From contig CAWHMX010000009.1 of the NCBI GenBank assembly GCA_963830475.1, positions 588,061 to 652,060 on the forward strand: DNA of 64,000 nt. The letters run 5' to 3'. This stretch comes from an uncultured Solirubrobacterales bacterium (GTDB lineage Bacteria > Actinomycetota > Thermoleophilia > Solirubrobacterales > Solirubrobacteraceae). Both the position numbers and the translations under genes were made by a program. Positions 1-8,898 of this stretch are shown here, in pieces (the stretch's first letter is position 1; every line of letters starts with the position of its first letter). The notes under the pieces are model-generated. The model was not told where the DNA came from. It did no database searches and saw only the letters and a program-made list of their open reading frames with translations.

Positions 1-303
1 GAGATCCAGCTGCCGCTTGGCCTCGAGCCCGACGACGAGGAAGAACAGCGTCATCAGACCCTGGTTGACCCAGACTCGGAGCGTCGCCGAGATCCCGTGG
101 CTTCCGATTAAGATCGCCAGGTGCGTCGCCCATAGCGAGTTGTAGCTGTGCCGCCACGGCGAGTTGGCCCAGAGGAGCGCGACGATCGTCGCGACGACCA
201 TGAGGCCGGCGCCGCCGGACTCGGTGCTGAGGAAGTCGCGCACCGGCGCGGCGAGGTTCCGTGCCCACGCCGTCCGGCCGTCGTAACCGTCTTGCACGCT
301 CAC
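1..303 (-). CDS. nhaA: Na+/H+ antiporter NhaA, N-terminal fragment (gene runs off the left edge)
   Basis: Reverse-strand translation from GTG (complement of 301-303) reads VSVQDGYDGRTAWARNL..FLSTESGGAGLMVVATIVALLWANSPWRHSY..RVWVNQGLMTLFFLVVGLEAKRQLDL. This matches the NhaA N-terminal signature (ANSP, W-N-x-GLM, FF-VGLE-KR). It is absent from the ORF track because it is truncated. Confidence 0.7.
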   Translation of the reverse strand, partial: MSVQDGYDGRTAWARNLAAPVRDFLSTESGGAGLMVVATIVALLWANSPWRHSYNSLWATHLAILIGSHGISATLRVWVNQGLMTLFFLVVGLEAKRQLDL

Positions 304-340
304 GTCGCCGGTCGACACCGGGCCTCCCGCGCGTCCGCGC

Positions 341-1231
341 TCACGCCTGCTTGGGCGCGATCCACATAAGCCCCTGATCGCGCGGATCGCCTGTCATCGC
401 GATCGGGTCCCCGCCGGGCAGCGCCAGCGCCACGGCGAGGAACTCGGCCACCTCCGCGACGTCGTGCACCCGCAGGATCGCCGCGCCGCGGCTGATGCCG
501 AACTGGATCGCGGCCAGGGTCGCCGCCAGACGGTGCAGGGGTGGCTTGCCGGTGATCATCCCCAGGAAGTACTTGCGGGACACGGCGAGCAGGATCGGAC
601 GGCCGAAGCTCTGCAGCTCGTCGAGCCTGCGCAGGACCTCGATCGTCTCGTGCGGCGTCTTGGTGTAGTCGAGCCCCGGATCGAGGATGATCTGCTCGAG
701 CCGGACGCCCGCCTGCAGCGCTATCTCGATTCGCTCCGAGAGGAACGAAATGACGTCGCCGACCGCGTCCTCGTATCCGGGGAACGCCCGTTGCTTCGGG
801 ACGACGCGAGTGTGCATGATCACCAGGCCGGCGCCGTGGCGCGCGGCCAGGGCCGCGACATCCGGGTCGGCGAGGCCGCTGACGTCGTTGACGATCGCGG
901 CGCCGGCCTCCAGCACAGCCTCGACGACCGCCGGCCTCCACGTGTCGACGGAGACGACGGTCCCGGCGAGCGCGCGCACGACCGGCTCGACCAGCGCGAT
1001 CTCCTCCGCTTCGGAAAACGCCGGCGTGTCGGTCCGGCCCGAGATCGCGCCGACGTCGACGATCTGCGCGCCGGCGGCGACCAGCTCTGCCCCGCGCCGC
1101 ACCCTCGCGGCGGTGTCCGGCAGCAGGCTGCCATCGGCGACCGAATCGCCGCCACAGTTGAGGATCCCCATGATCAGCGGCCGATCCGGGTCGCATTCGA
1201 GGCGCCCGCCGGGGAGGTCAAGCTCCATCAC
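341..1231 (-). CDS. folP: Dihydropteroate synthase
   Basis: 296-aa ORF with DHPS motifs (IMGILNCGGDS.. DVGAISGR.. VSVDTW.. IVNDVSG.. ILDPGL..). An ATG at 1228 is an alternative start. Confidence 0.9.
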   Translation of the reverse strand: MMELDLPGGRLECDPDRPLIMGILNCGGDSVADGSLLPDTAARVRRGAELVAAGAQIVDVGAISGRTDTPAFSEAEEIALVEPVVRALAGTVVSVDTWRPAVVEAVLEAGAAIVNDVSGLADPDVAALAARHGAGLVIMHTRVVPKQRAFPGYEDAVGDVISFLSERIEIALQAGVRLEQIILDPGLDYTKTPHETIEVLRRLDELQSFGRPILLAVSRKYFLGMITGKPPLHRLAATLAAIQFGISRGAAILRVHDVAEVAEFLAVALALPGGDPIAMTGDPRDQGLMWIAPKQA

Positions 1232-1883
1232 GTGGTTCTAAACCGTATCTGAGGAACACGAAGTCCTCGGACGCGGCGGTGGCGATCAGACGCAGGCGCT
1301 GCGTCCCACCGGTCTCAGGCCCCGCGAGCGGCAGCCCGCGACCCGCCAGCATCGGCGAGATCGCGAAAAACAGTTCGTCGAGAACGCCCTGGGCGATCGC
1401 CATCCGCACGATCGTCGGTCCGCCCTCCCAGACCGTGAGACCCGTGCCGTGCCGTTCGCGGATTCCAGCGCTGACCACGCGCAGGTCCGGAGCGCCGTCG
1501 CGGTTCGTCGGAGGCTGTTCGAGGCGCACCTGAAGGTCAGGGGCCAGTGCGGCTTCGGTGCCCGCGATGCCGTCGGGGCTGCGCGTGACGACCGCGAGTT
1601 CCGGTTGTGGGGACAGGCCGGCGGTCGCCCGCCGTTGCCGGGCAGCCGCCGGCAGGAGCCCGCCGTAACCTTCCGCCCGAACGGTCGCGGCCCCGACCAC
1701 GACGGCCTGCGCGCGCTCGCGCATCCCCAGCAGCAGTCGCTGGTCCGCCGCTCCCGTCAGGCCGCCGACGCGCCCGTCGACGGCCACTACCCCGTCGATC
1801 GAGATGACCATCACGGCCGCGTTCAGATCACCGAGGGGAACCTCAAGCAGGCGTTCGAAGTCGGAGGCGGCGTTTGCACTCAC
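1218..1883 (-). CDS. RibD C-terminal domain / DHFR-fold reductase family protein
   Basis: The C-terminal roughly 220 aa of track ORF 1218..2471 read MVISIDGVVAVDGRVGGLTG..VVVGAATVRAEGYGG..VWEGGPTIVRMAIAQGVLDELFFAISPMLAG. The upstream part of that ORF is antisense to folC and looks like junk. Start taken at GTG 1883; ATG 1811 is an alternative. It overlaps the folP start by 14 nt. Confidence 0.7.
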   Translation of the reverse strand: MSANAASDFERLLEVPLGDLNAAVMVISIDGVVAVDGRVGGLTGAADQRLLLGMRERAQAVVVGAATVRAEGYGGLLPAAARQRRATAGLSPQPELAVVTRSPDGIAGTEAALAPDLQVRLEQPPTNRDGAPDLRVVSAGIRERHGTGLTVWEGGPTIVRMAIAQGVLDELFFAISPMLAGRGLPLAGPETGGTQRLRLIATAASEDFVFLRYGLEPRDGA

Positions 1884-1914
1884 TGGCGGAGGTATACGCG
1901 ACGATTGGCCTGCG

Positions 1915-3168
1915 TTGAAGCTCAGTGGCCCCCCAACTTCATGGGACGACCCTGCCGCCGCGGCGATCGGCGCGATCGTCGGCCGGTACAACCGCGGCCA
2001 GCCGCGGTCGGACCTTGCGTCCGTACGCCTGCTGCTGCAGGAGTTCTCGCCCTCCCGCGCGCGCCACCACGTGGTCATCGTGGGTACCAACGGCAAGACG
2101 AGCACCGCGACATTCCTCGCGCGGCTGCTGACCGCGAGTGGCGCCCGCGTCGGGCTGTACACCTCCCCACACATCGCGCGTTGGTCCGAGCGGGTTCGAC
2201 TCGACGGCGCTCGGGTCGACGACGGGGAATTGATCTCGACCCTGGCGAGGGTCGATCGCGTCGCCGGGGAGGTTCGACGAGTAAGTCCAGACCTGCGGTT
2301 CTTCGACCTCCTGACGCTGGCCGCGGAGGACATCTTCGGGCGTGCCCGGGTCGAGGTCGCGATCTTTGAGGCGGGGATCGGGGGCCGGCTCGACGCCACT
2401 CGCGTGCTCGAGCCCGAGCTCGCCGTGCTGACCAGCGTCGGCGACGACCATCGCGAGCTGCTTGGTGCCACCCGCGGGCAGATCCTCGCCGAGAAGCTGG
2501 CGGTCGCGTCGCCCGGCGCGAGCGTGATGATCGGATCGCTGGGTCCGAAGCTGACGGCCCAGGCGAGAACATGGGCCGCTCGCGTGGGGGTGGAGCTCGT
2601 CGAGGTCGCAGATCCGGCGGCGGGGGACGACGAGCTTCCGCGCTTTCAGCGCCGCAACCTCGCGCTGGCGCGCAGCGCGGCCGGGGTGGCCGCGTCCCTG
2701 TTCGCGCTCCCTGCTACCGCGGAGCTCGCCGAGCTCAACGTGTGGGGGAGATTCGAGCAGGGCGAGCTCGATGGCGTCAGCTACCTCGCCGATGTCGGGC
2801 ACAACCCGTCCGCGTGGGAGGAGCTGATGGCGGAGCTGCCCCGAACCTCGCCGCGGCGCTGGGTCGCGATCGTCGGGCTGACCGTCGAGCGCCGGCCGGC
2901 GGAGCTGGCGGCGGCTCTGACGGGCGCGGTCGCACACGTCATCGCTACTGTCACGCCGGTACGAGCACCCCGCGATCCATCCGAGATCGTTGCCGCACTC
3001 GGTGACGACCCAACGCGACCGAGCGCCGAGGTCTGCGAAACACCAGCGGCGGCCTTCGAGCGGGGCGCCAGCGTCGCTCGCAGCCGTGACCTGGATCTGC
3101 TGGTGACGGGGTCGAACTATCTTGTCAGCGACTTCCTCGCGTGGGTGGCGAAGCGGACACGGAGCTAG
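1915..3168 (+). CDS. folC: Folylpolyglutamate synthase / dihydrofolate synthase
   Basis: Mur-ligase P-loop HVVIVGTNGKTSTA, then YTSPHI..W.ER. Track ORF is 1804..3168. The start is moved to in-frame TTG 1915 to avoid overlapping the divergent reductase gene. Start uncertain. Confidence 0.85.
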   Translation: MKLSGPPTSWDDPAAAAIGAIVGRYNRGQPRSDLASVRLLLQEFSPSRARHHVVIVGTNGKTSTATFLARLLTASGARVGLYTSPHIARWSERVRLDGARVDDGELISTLARVDRVAGEVRRVSPDLRFFDLLTLAAEDIFGRARVEVAIFEAGIGGRLDATRVLEPELAVLTSVGDDHRELLGATRGQILAEKLAVASPGASVMIGSLGPKLTAQARTWAARVGVELVEVADPAAGDDELPRFQRRNLALARSAAGVAASLFALPATAELAELNVWGRFEQGELDGVSYLADVGHNPSAWEELMAELPRTSPRRWVAIVGLTVERRPAELAAALTGAVAHVIATVTPVRAPRDPSEIVAALGDDPTRPSAEVCETPAAAFERGASVARSRDLDLLVTGSNYLVSDFLAWVAKRTRS

Positions 3169-3608
3169 ATCTGGACGCCGGCGGCTCGAAGCCCCCAGGG
3201 GGTTCCTGCGCCGACGTGCTGATCGAGAGCATCCGCAACGACCCGATCCCCGTCGAGTTCGTCTCGCGGATCCGGGACGGGCTCGAGCGTGAGCTCGGGA
3301 GCGGGAGCTCCGCTGCGCCCGCCTACTCCGTGCTCGAGGCGGCTGGGCGGATGTGGTGGATGTGCGTCTACCTGTGGCTGCTGTCGGCGCGCAGCCGCGA
3401 TTCCATCGACCCGCTGATCGAGGCCGTCACCCCGACGGCGACGAGCCTGCGTGCCAGCACGCCCGGCCGCAGGCCGGTGTACGTGGCGCTGCTCGATCCG
3501 GCGGGGTCCCTGCTGCGGGCCCGGCTCGTGCGTATCGGGGTCGAGGAGCCGCCCGTCCGAAATCGGCGCCCGCGCCCGTTTCCGGCGCAGGCCGATCCAC
3601 GGTTTTGA
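3141..3608 (+). CDS. Hypothetical protein
   Basis: 155-aa ORF with strong third-position G/C bias. It fills the gap between folC and the second reductase. I recognise no family. In-frame GTG 3216 is an alternative start. Confidence 0.4.
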   Translation: MGGEADTELDLDAGGSKPPGGSCADVLIESIRNDPIPVEFVSRIRDGLERELGSGSSAAPAYSVLEAAGRMWWMCVYLWLLSARSRDSIDPLIEAVTPTATSLRASTPGRRPVYVALLDPAGSLLRARLVRIGVEEPPVRNRRPRPFPAQADPRF

Positions 3609-3617
3609 GGCTGTGAG

Positions 3618-4415
3618 ATGACCGATGCGGTGTGCAACTCGGTCGGCCCCGGCTCGACCCGCGTGCAGCAGACCTTCCCGGTGCGGGCAGAGCTCGATGC
3701 GGCTGAGATCGCGACTTCGTTGCAGCTGCCCTTTCGCCCGGCGGCCGATCCCGAGCTTCCCCGCGTCGTCGCCTGCTGGATCGCGAGCCTCGACGGCCGC
3801 TCGACGCTCGCTCGGCGATCTTTCGGACTCGGCAACGCCGCCGACCGGGCGGTGTTCCGAGGGCTGCGAGCACAGGCCGACGCGATTCTCGTCGGGAGCC
3901 GAACGCTGGCGATCGAGCGCTATCGCCGACCGGGGCGCAACCCGCGGTTGCGCGAGCGCCGCGCCGCTCTCGGCCTCGCCGAGGAGCCGACCGTGCTGGT
4001 GGTCTCGCGCGAACCGTCGCTCCCGCTGGAGATCCCGCTGCTACAGGACCCGGCCGCCAAGGTTCGGATCCTGACCTGGGGCGACGCCGAGCTGCCGCCG
4101 CTGCCGGCGATGGTCGACGTAACCCGGCTGCCGCGCGGGGCGCAGCGGATGCGCGGCGCCCTGGCGGCCGCGCGCGCCGCCGGAATCGGCTCGATCGTCT
4201 GCGAGGGCGGCCCGACGCTACTGGGGCTGCTGATCGCCGAGGACCTGCTCGACGAACTCGTCGTCACCACCGCACCGATGTTCGTCGGCGCCGGCGAGGA
4301 GCCGGTCGTCAGGGATTCGATCCCACACCCGCTGCGTCGATTCCGGCTGGCCGCCCTGTACCGCGGCGAGGACCACGCCTTCGCTCGCTATGTCCGGGCG
4401 GGGGAGGTTGGCTGA
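3618..4415 (+). CDS. RibD C-terminal domain / DHFR-fold reductase family protein (second paralog)
   Basis: VVACWIASLDGRSTL..AILVGSRTLAIERY..IVCEGGPTLLGLLIAEDLLDELVVTTAPMFVGAG. Same fold family as 1218..1883. Confidence 0.7.
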   Translation: MTDAVCNSVGPGSTRVQQTFPVRAELDAAEIATSLQLPFRPAADPELPRVVACWIASLDGRSTLARRSFGLGNAADRAVFRGLRAQADAILVGSRTLAIERYRRPGRNPRLRERRAALGLAEEPTVLVVSREPSLPLEIPLLQDPAAKVRILTWGDAELPPLPAMVDVTRLPRGAQRMRGALAAARAAGIGSIVCEGGPTLLGLLIAEDLLDELVVTTAPMFVGAGEEPVVRDSIPHPLRRFRLAALYRGEDHAFARYVRAGEVG

Positions 4416-4422
4416 GGGGCGT

Positions 4423-5433
4423 TCACCACGGGATCGTCCGCGGGAGCCCGAAGTGCCCGATCACGCCGCCGGCGGGGAATCGGTCGATTCGTGCGATGCG
4501 ATCGCCCGCCAGCGTCAGCACCACGATCCCCGACGCCCGCGCGACCGGCGCGCTGAGATCCTTCAGATACTGGCCGAACGCGGGCTGCCCGTTTGCGCTG
4601 GTCGGAACCAGCCGCGACTGACCGGCCCGCGCGTCGAAAACATAGGTGAAGAACTCGGCGATCGCGGCGATGCCCTGGTACTCCAAGGGCGCCGGTGGCA
4701 TCGTCATCCACGCGTCGTCGGTCAGGAGCGAGACCAGCTGCTCCACGTCCGCATCCTCGAAGGCTTGGGCGAAGCGTCCGCTGACCTCACGGGCCAGCGC
4801 CGAGCTCGGCAGCGCCGAGCGCTCCCGGCCCGCGGCCGCGCGAGCATCCGCCGATTCGCGAGCGCGGATCAGCGCGCTGTTGACAGACGCCTCGCTCGTT
4901 TCGAGGATCCCCGCGGTCTCGGCGGCGCTGAAGCCGAGCACGTCGCGCAGCACCAGGACCGCGCGCTGGCGCGGGGCGAGCCGCTGCAGCGCCGCGATGA
5001 ACGCGAGCGACACGGCCTCGCGGGTCTCGAATACCGCCTCGGGACCGGGTGCCGCGTCGGCGAGCCCGTCCAGCAGCGCGTCGGGATACGGCTCGAGCCA
5101 CAGGACCTCGCCGAGCCGCGTCGGGGGTGGAGGCGCGAATGACAGCTCCGAGCCGCTGCCGGGTTGCGGCCGTCGCTGGCCGTCACGCAGCATGTTGAGG
5201 CACCTGTTAGTCGCGATCCGGTAAAGCCACGAGCGCACCGAGGCGCGCTCTTCGAACCGGTCGAGCGCCCGCCACGCCGACAGCAGGGTCTCCTGGACCG
5301 CATCCTCGGCGTCCTGCAGCGAACCGAGAATCCGGTAGCAGTGCAGCTGCAGCTCGCGGTGGTAGGGCTCCGTCAACTCGCGGAAGGCGATCTGGTCGCC
5401 GCCGCGGGCGCGGTGCAGCGCGGTCTCGGTCAC
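4423..5433 (-). CDS. ECF-type RNA polymerase sigma factor with fused C-terminal SnoaL/NTF2-like domain (SigG / TIGR02960-like)
   Basis: Sigma-2 region (FRELTEPYHRELQLHCYRILGSLQDAEDAVQETLLSAW..SWLYRIATNRCLNMLR) and sigma-4 region (RQRAVLVLRDVLGFSAAETAGILETSEASVNSAL). These are followed by about 120 aa (..MPPAPLEYQG..TSANGQPAFGQY..). Confidence 0.85.
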   Translation of the reverse strand: MTETALHRARGGDQIAFRELTEPYHRELQLHCYRILGSLQDAEDAVQETLLSAWRALDRFEERASVRSWLYRIATNRCLNMLRDGQRRPQPGSGSELSFAPPPPTRLGEVLWLEPYPDALLDGLADAAPGPEAVFETREAVSLAFIAALQRLAPRQRAVLVLRDVLGFSAAETAGILETSEASVNSALIRARESADARAAAGRERSALPSSALAREVSGRFAQAFEDADVEQLVSLLTDDAWMTMPPAPLEYQGIAAIAEFFTYVFDARAGQSRLVPTSANGQPAFGQYLKDLSAPVARASGIVVLTLAGDRIARIDRFPAGGVIGHFGLPRTIPW

Positions 5434-5673
5434 GCCGGGAGTGTCGCATTGGCCATCTCATAAAGGACAGACACCGCGACTGCGCCGAATTCATCGCTGA
5501 AACCTTCTGAGGCCATAAGGGCGTCCGGCCTCGTCTTGCCCCCATTCGCCCGATGCGCAGGCTCGGTTCTTAGCCGACGATCGGGGACACGGCGGCGAGC
5601 GCCAATTCGTCGGCGAGTTTGCGCCGTCCGCTGGTTCTCATCTGCCGACAGGCATCGAACCTCTGGAGGAACC

Positions 5674-7098
5674 ATGGGGATGAACAGAACGCAATCCTGG
5701 ACGCTGGTGCTGACCGCGACCGTCTCGTTGATGGTGGCGCTCGACCTGCTGGTCGTGACGACGGCGCTGCCGGTCCTGCACGAGCACCTGCACGCGACGC
5801 TGGCCCAGCTCGAATGGACGGTCAACGGCTACACGCTGAGTTTCGCCGTCCTGTTGATGAGCGGTGCCGCAATCGGCGAGCGCTTTGGACGACGGCTGAC
5901 CCTCGCCGCCGGGCTGTTGGTGTTCGCGGTCTCCTCGGCCGCTTGTGCTCTGGCGCCGAGCATCGGCTGGTTGATCGCCGCGCGGGTCGTGCAGGGGGTC
6001 GGTGCCGCGCTGGTGATGCCGACGGCGCTGTCGTTGCTCGGGGTCGCCTTTCCCGCTGAGCGTCGCGCCTGGGCGCTCGGGATCTTCGGCGCGATCACCG
6101 GTATCGCGGTTCTCGGCGGCCCGGTGATCGGCGGCGCGATCGCACAAGGAATCGCGTGGCAGTGGATCTTCTGGGTCAACGTCCCGATCGGCCTCGCCGC
6201 GGTCCCGCTCGTCCTGACCAAGCTCGAGGAGAGCCGAGGCGTGCGCCGAGCGCCCGATCTCCTCGGCGTCGCGCTCGTGACAGTGGCCGCGCTCGGCGTC
6301 GTCTGGGGGCTGGTGCGCTCGGGTAGCGCCGGGTGGGGGAGCGTCGAGGTGATTGCGACCCTCGGAGGCGGAATCCTCGTCGCGCTGGCGTTCGTCGGCT
6401 GGGAGCTGCGCGCCAACGAGCCGTTGCTGCCGATGGGGATGTTCGCCTCGCGCGCTTTCTCCGCCGGCAACGGGGCGGTTTTCTGCCTGTTCGGCGGGCT
6501 GGCCGGAGCGGTCTTCTTCATGGCCCAGTTCTTCCAGCTCTCGCTGGCTGACTCGCCACTCGGGGCGGGCGTGCGGATGTTGCCGTGGACCGCGACGGTG
6601 TTCTTCGTCGCGCCGATGGCGGGCAGGCAGGTCTCGCGAACGGGGGAGCGGCCGCTGGCGGCCGCGGGCCTGGCGATGCAGGCGATCGGGATGGGCTGGA
6701 TCGCGCTGGTCGCGAGCGCGCATGTCGCCTACGGCGAGCTGATCGCGCCGCTCGTGATCGCGGGGACCGGCGCCTCGATGGCGATTCCGGCGATCCAGAA
6801 CGCGGTTCTCGGCGCGGTCGCCCCGTCCGAGATCGGGCAGGCCTCAGGCGCGTTCAACACGACCCGCCAGCTTGGCGGCGCGTTCGGCGTCGCGGTGATG
6901 GCCGCGGCCTTCGCGGGCGCGGGCAGCTATGCCGGGCCGCTGGCCTTCAGCCACGGCTTCTCAGCCGCGATGGCGGTCAGTGCGGTTCTGTCGCTGGCCG
7001 GCGCGTCCGCCGCTCTGCGGCTTCCCGGTCGGCACCGAGCCGTCGCGCCCGACGCTCCCCTACGCGACCGGGAGGTTGCGACCGCGTTCGACGGCTGA
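5674..7098 (+). CDS. MFS transporter, DHA2 (EmrB/QacA-like, 14-TMS) family
   Basis: MGMNRTQSWTLVLTATVSLMVALDLLVVTTALP.. with many predicted TM segments. ATG 5674 is preceded by GGAGGA (5665-5670). The upstream part of track ORF 5536.. looks non-coding. Confidence 0.85.
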   Translation: MGMNRTQSWTLVLTATVSLMVALDLLVVTTALPVLHEHLHATLAQLEWTVNGYTLSFAVLLMSGAAIGERFGRRLTLAAGLLVFAVSSAACALAPSIGWLIAARVVQGVGAALVMPTALSLLGVAFPAERRAWALGIFGAITGIAVLGGPVIGGAIAQGIAWQWIFWVNVPIGLAAVPLVLTKLEESRGVRRAPDLLGVALVTVAALGVVWGLVRSGSAGWGSVEVIATLGGGILVALAFVGWELRANEPLLPMGMFASRAFSAGNGAVFCLFGGLAGAVFFMAQFFQLSLADSPLGAGVRMLPWTATVFFVAPMAGRQVSRTGERPLAAAGLAMQAIGMGWIALVASAHVAYGELIAPLVIAGTGASMAIPAIQNAVLGAVAPSEIGQASGAFNTTRQLGGAFGVAVMAAAFAGAGSYAGPLAFSHGFSAAMAVSAVLSLAGASAALRLPGRHRAVAPDAPLRDREVATAFDG

Positions 7099-7135
7099 CC
7101 GCCGACACACGGCTACCGCTGGCCGCTGGTGCCGA

Positions 7136-7816
7136 TCAGGCGACGTACAGCGGCTGGCGGAAGCTGAGTGCGACGCCCCGGGCGACCACGAGGACCGGGG
7201 CAGCGGCGCCGTCGATCGCGTTCTGGGCCTGGGCGGAGATGATCGTCCGGCCCTCGGGCGCCTCGGCGCGCGAGCCGATGATCAGCAGATCGACGTCGTG
7301 CGTGGGTTCGGTGACGTTGGCTCCGAAGTGGTTGGCGAGCGCGTGCGCGGTGTCGATCGCGGCGTGATCGTCCAGCCCGGCGAGCAGGCCGATCGTCCTG
7401 ATGTCCCGGGTCCGGTATCCCGCGGGCGCAATCGCGACGGCGGTCGGACCGCCCTCCAACAGCGCCTGGGTGCTGCGCTGTGGCGACACGCGTCCGGCTG
7501 CGGTGCGGTATTCCGAGCCGAACACGACCAGATCGGCCTCGACATTCGTCGCCAGCTCCTTCAGGCCCTCGGCAGTCGAGGCGTGCAGGATCACCTGGCG
7601 CCGCGTCTGGATCCCATCGAGTGCGGCCGAGCCACGCTCGAGCAGGCCCTCGGCCTCGACCTCCTCGAGCCGCTCGCGGCCGGCATCGGCCAGCGTGCTA
7701 TGCCGGACGTAGGCGAGCACCACCTCGGCGCCGGCCTCGCCGAACAGGCGGGCGAGCTCCAGCGCGTCGTCGTCGTTGCTGGTTCCGTCGTAGGAAACGA
7801 TCGCTACCGGCGTCAT
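7136..7816 (-). CDS. Universal stress protein family (two USP-like halves)
   Basis: MTPVAIVSYDGTSNDDDALELA..LVVFGSEYRT..LLIIGSRAEAPEG..APVLVVARG. ATG 7816 has an upstream GGAGG. Confidence 0.75.
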   Translation of the reverse strand: MTPVAIVSYDGTSNDDDALELARLFGEAGAEVVLAYVRHSTLADAGRERLEEVEAEGLLERGSAALDGIQTRRQVILHASTAEGLKELATNVEADLVVFGSEYRTAAGRVSPQRSTQALLEGGPTAVAIAPAGYRTRDIRTIGLLAGLDDHAAIDTAHALANHFGANVTEPTHDVDLLIIGSRAEAPEGRTIISAQAQNAIDGAAAPVLVVARGVALSFRQPLYVA

Positions 7817-7933
7817 CCTGGGCCCCTCCAAAAATCTTGTCTCGCTGATTTCTGCTCGAAAGCTCCGATAGAGCATTCCATCGCCTTACATCAGCACAAG
7901 TCAATCTCGTCATCGCTAGCATTAGCATTGCTG

Positions 7934-8884
7934 ATGCTGACCCTCACCCGCCTCAGGGTCCTCTCGGAGGTGATCGGTCGCGGCTCGTTTTCGGGGGCGG
8001 CGGACGCGCTCGACTACACCCAGTCCGCGGTGTCACAGTCGATTGCCCGACTCGAGGCCGAGATCGGCGCGACCCTCGTCGTCCGCGACCGCCGCGGGGT
8101 CAGGCCGACCGCCGCCGGCGCCGCGCTGCTCGAGCACGCTGAGCTGATCTTCGCCCAGGTCCAAGCCGCCGAGGACGACGTCGCGGCCGTCCTGGGGATC
8201 CGCGGCGGCCGCCTGCGGGCCGCGTCGTTCCCGTCCGCTGGCGCGGCGCTGATGCCCCAGGCGATCGCGAGCTTCCGCCGCCGTCATCCCGAGGTACAGC
8301 TGTCGCTGGCCGAGGGGGAGCCAGAGGAGATAGCACCGCGACTGCGCGCCGGTGAGTTCGATCTCGCGCTGTTGTACGAGTTTCCGGGCGTCGAGGAACC
8401 GACGGAGACGCCATCCGGCTCGACCGCGCGGCTCGAGGTAACGCCGCTGCTCGAGGACCCGATGCACGTCGCGCTGCCGGCCGAGCACGACCTCGCCACG
8501 AAGCCTGACCTGACCCTGTGGGATCTGCGCGGCGAGGACTGGGTCCAGACCTCTGCCTCGAGCCCGTGCGCCCGTCACGTCGTGCGGTCGTGTCTGGCCT
8601 CCGGGTTCGAGCCGCACGTGACCTTCGAGAGCGACGACTACGAGACGGTCCAGGGGCTCGTCGCGGCCGGCGTCGGCGTCGCGCTGATCCCGCGCCTGGC
8701 GCTCACGCGCCTGGACCCGGGGATCGTCGTGCGCTCCCTGGAGCCGGCCAGCCCGCTGCGCGGCGTCGTCGCGGCGACCGCCGTCGGCGCCGCGGTCGCG
8801 CCTGCGGCGAGCGTGATGCTCGAGATCCTCAGCGGGATCGCGCCCGACTATGCCGAGACCCGGGGGTGGGCATCACCGCGCTGA
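7934..8884 (+). CDS. LysR family transcriptional regulator
   Basis: N-terminal HTH MLTLTRLRVLSEVIGRGSFSGAADALDYTQSAVSQSIARLEAEIG plus a LysR substrate-binding domain. Divergent from the usp gene. The upstream 335 codons of track ORF 6929.. are antisense to usp. Confidence 0.85.
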   Translation: MLTLTRLRVLSEVIGRGSFSGAADALDYTQSAVSQSIARLEAEIGATLVVRDRRGVRPTAAGAALLEHAELIFAQVQAAEDDVAAVLGIRGGRLRAASFPSAGAALMPQAIASFRRRHPEVQLSLAEGEPEEIAPRLRAGEFDLALLYEFPGVEEPTETPSGSTARLEVTPLLEDPMHVALPAEHDLATKPDLTLWDLRGEDWVQTSASSPCARHVVRSCLASGFEPHVTFESDDYETVQGLVAAGVGVALIPRLALTRLDPGIVVRSLEPASPLRGVVAATAVGAAVAPAASVMLEILSGIAPDYAETRGWASPR

Positions 8885-8898
8885 CGACCCGCAGGCGC

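Noticed and set aside
5434-5673. ECF-type promoter (TGTCGCA at 5441-5447) in the sigma/MFS divergent spacer.
   Set aside because: Only the -35-like half resembles the ECF41-type TGTCACA motif. No CGTC-like -10 occurs at the expected spacing on either strand.
6929-7933. Upstream 335 codons of the 651-aa ORF 6929..8884, and similar N-terminal extensions of ORFs 5536.., 15990.., 41477.., 44378.. and 57661...
   Set aside because: The extensions overlap other well-supported genes or give low-complexity sequence. Conserved domains start at internal ATG/GTG codons, in most cases with a Shine-Dalgarno sequence. Shorter gene models were used.
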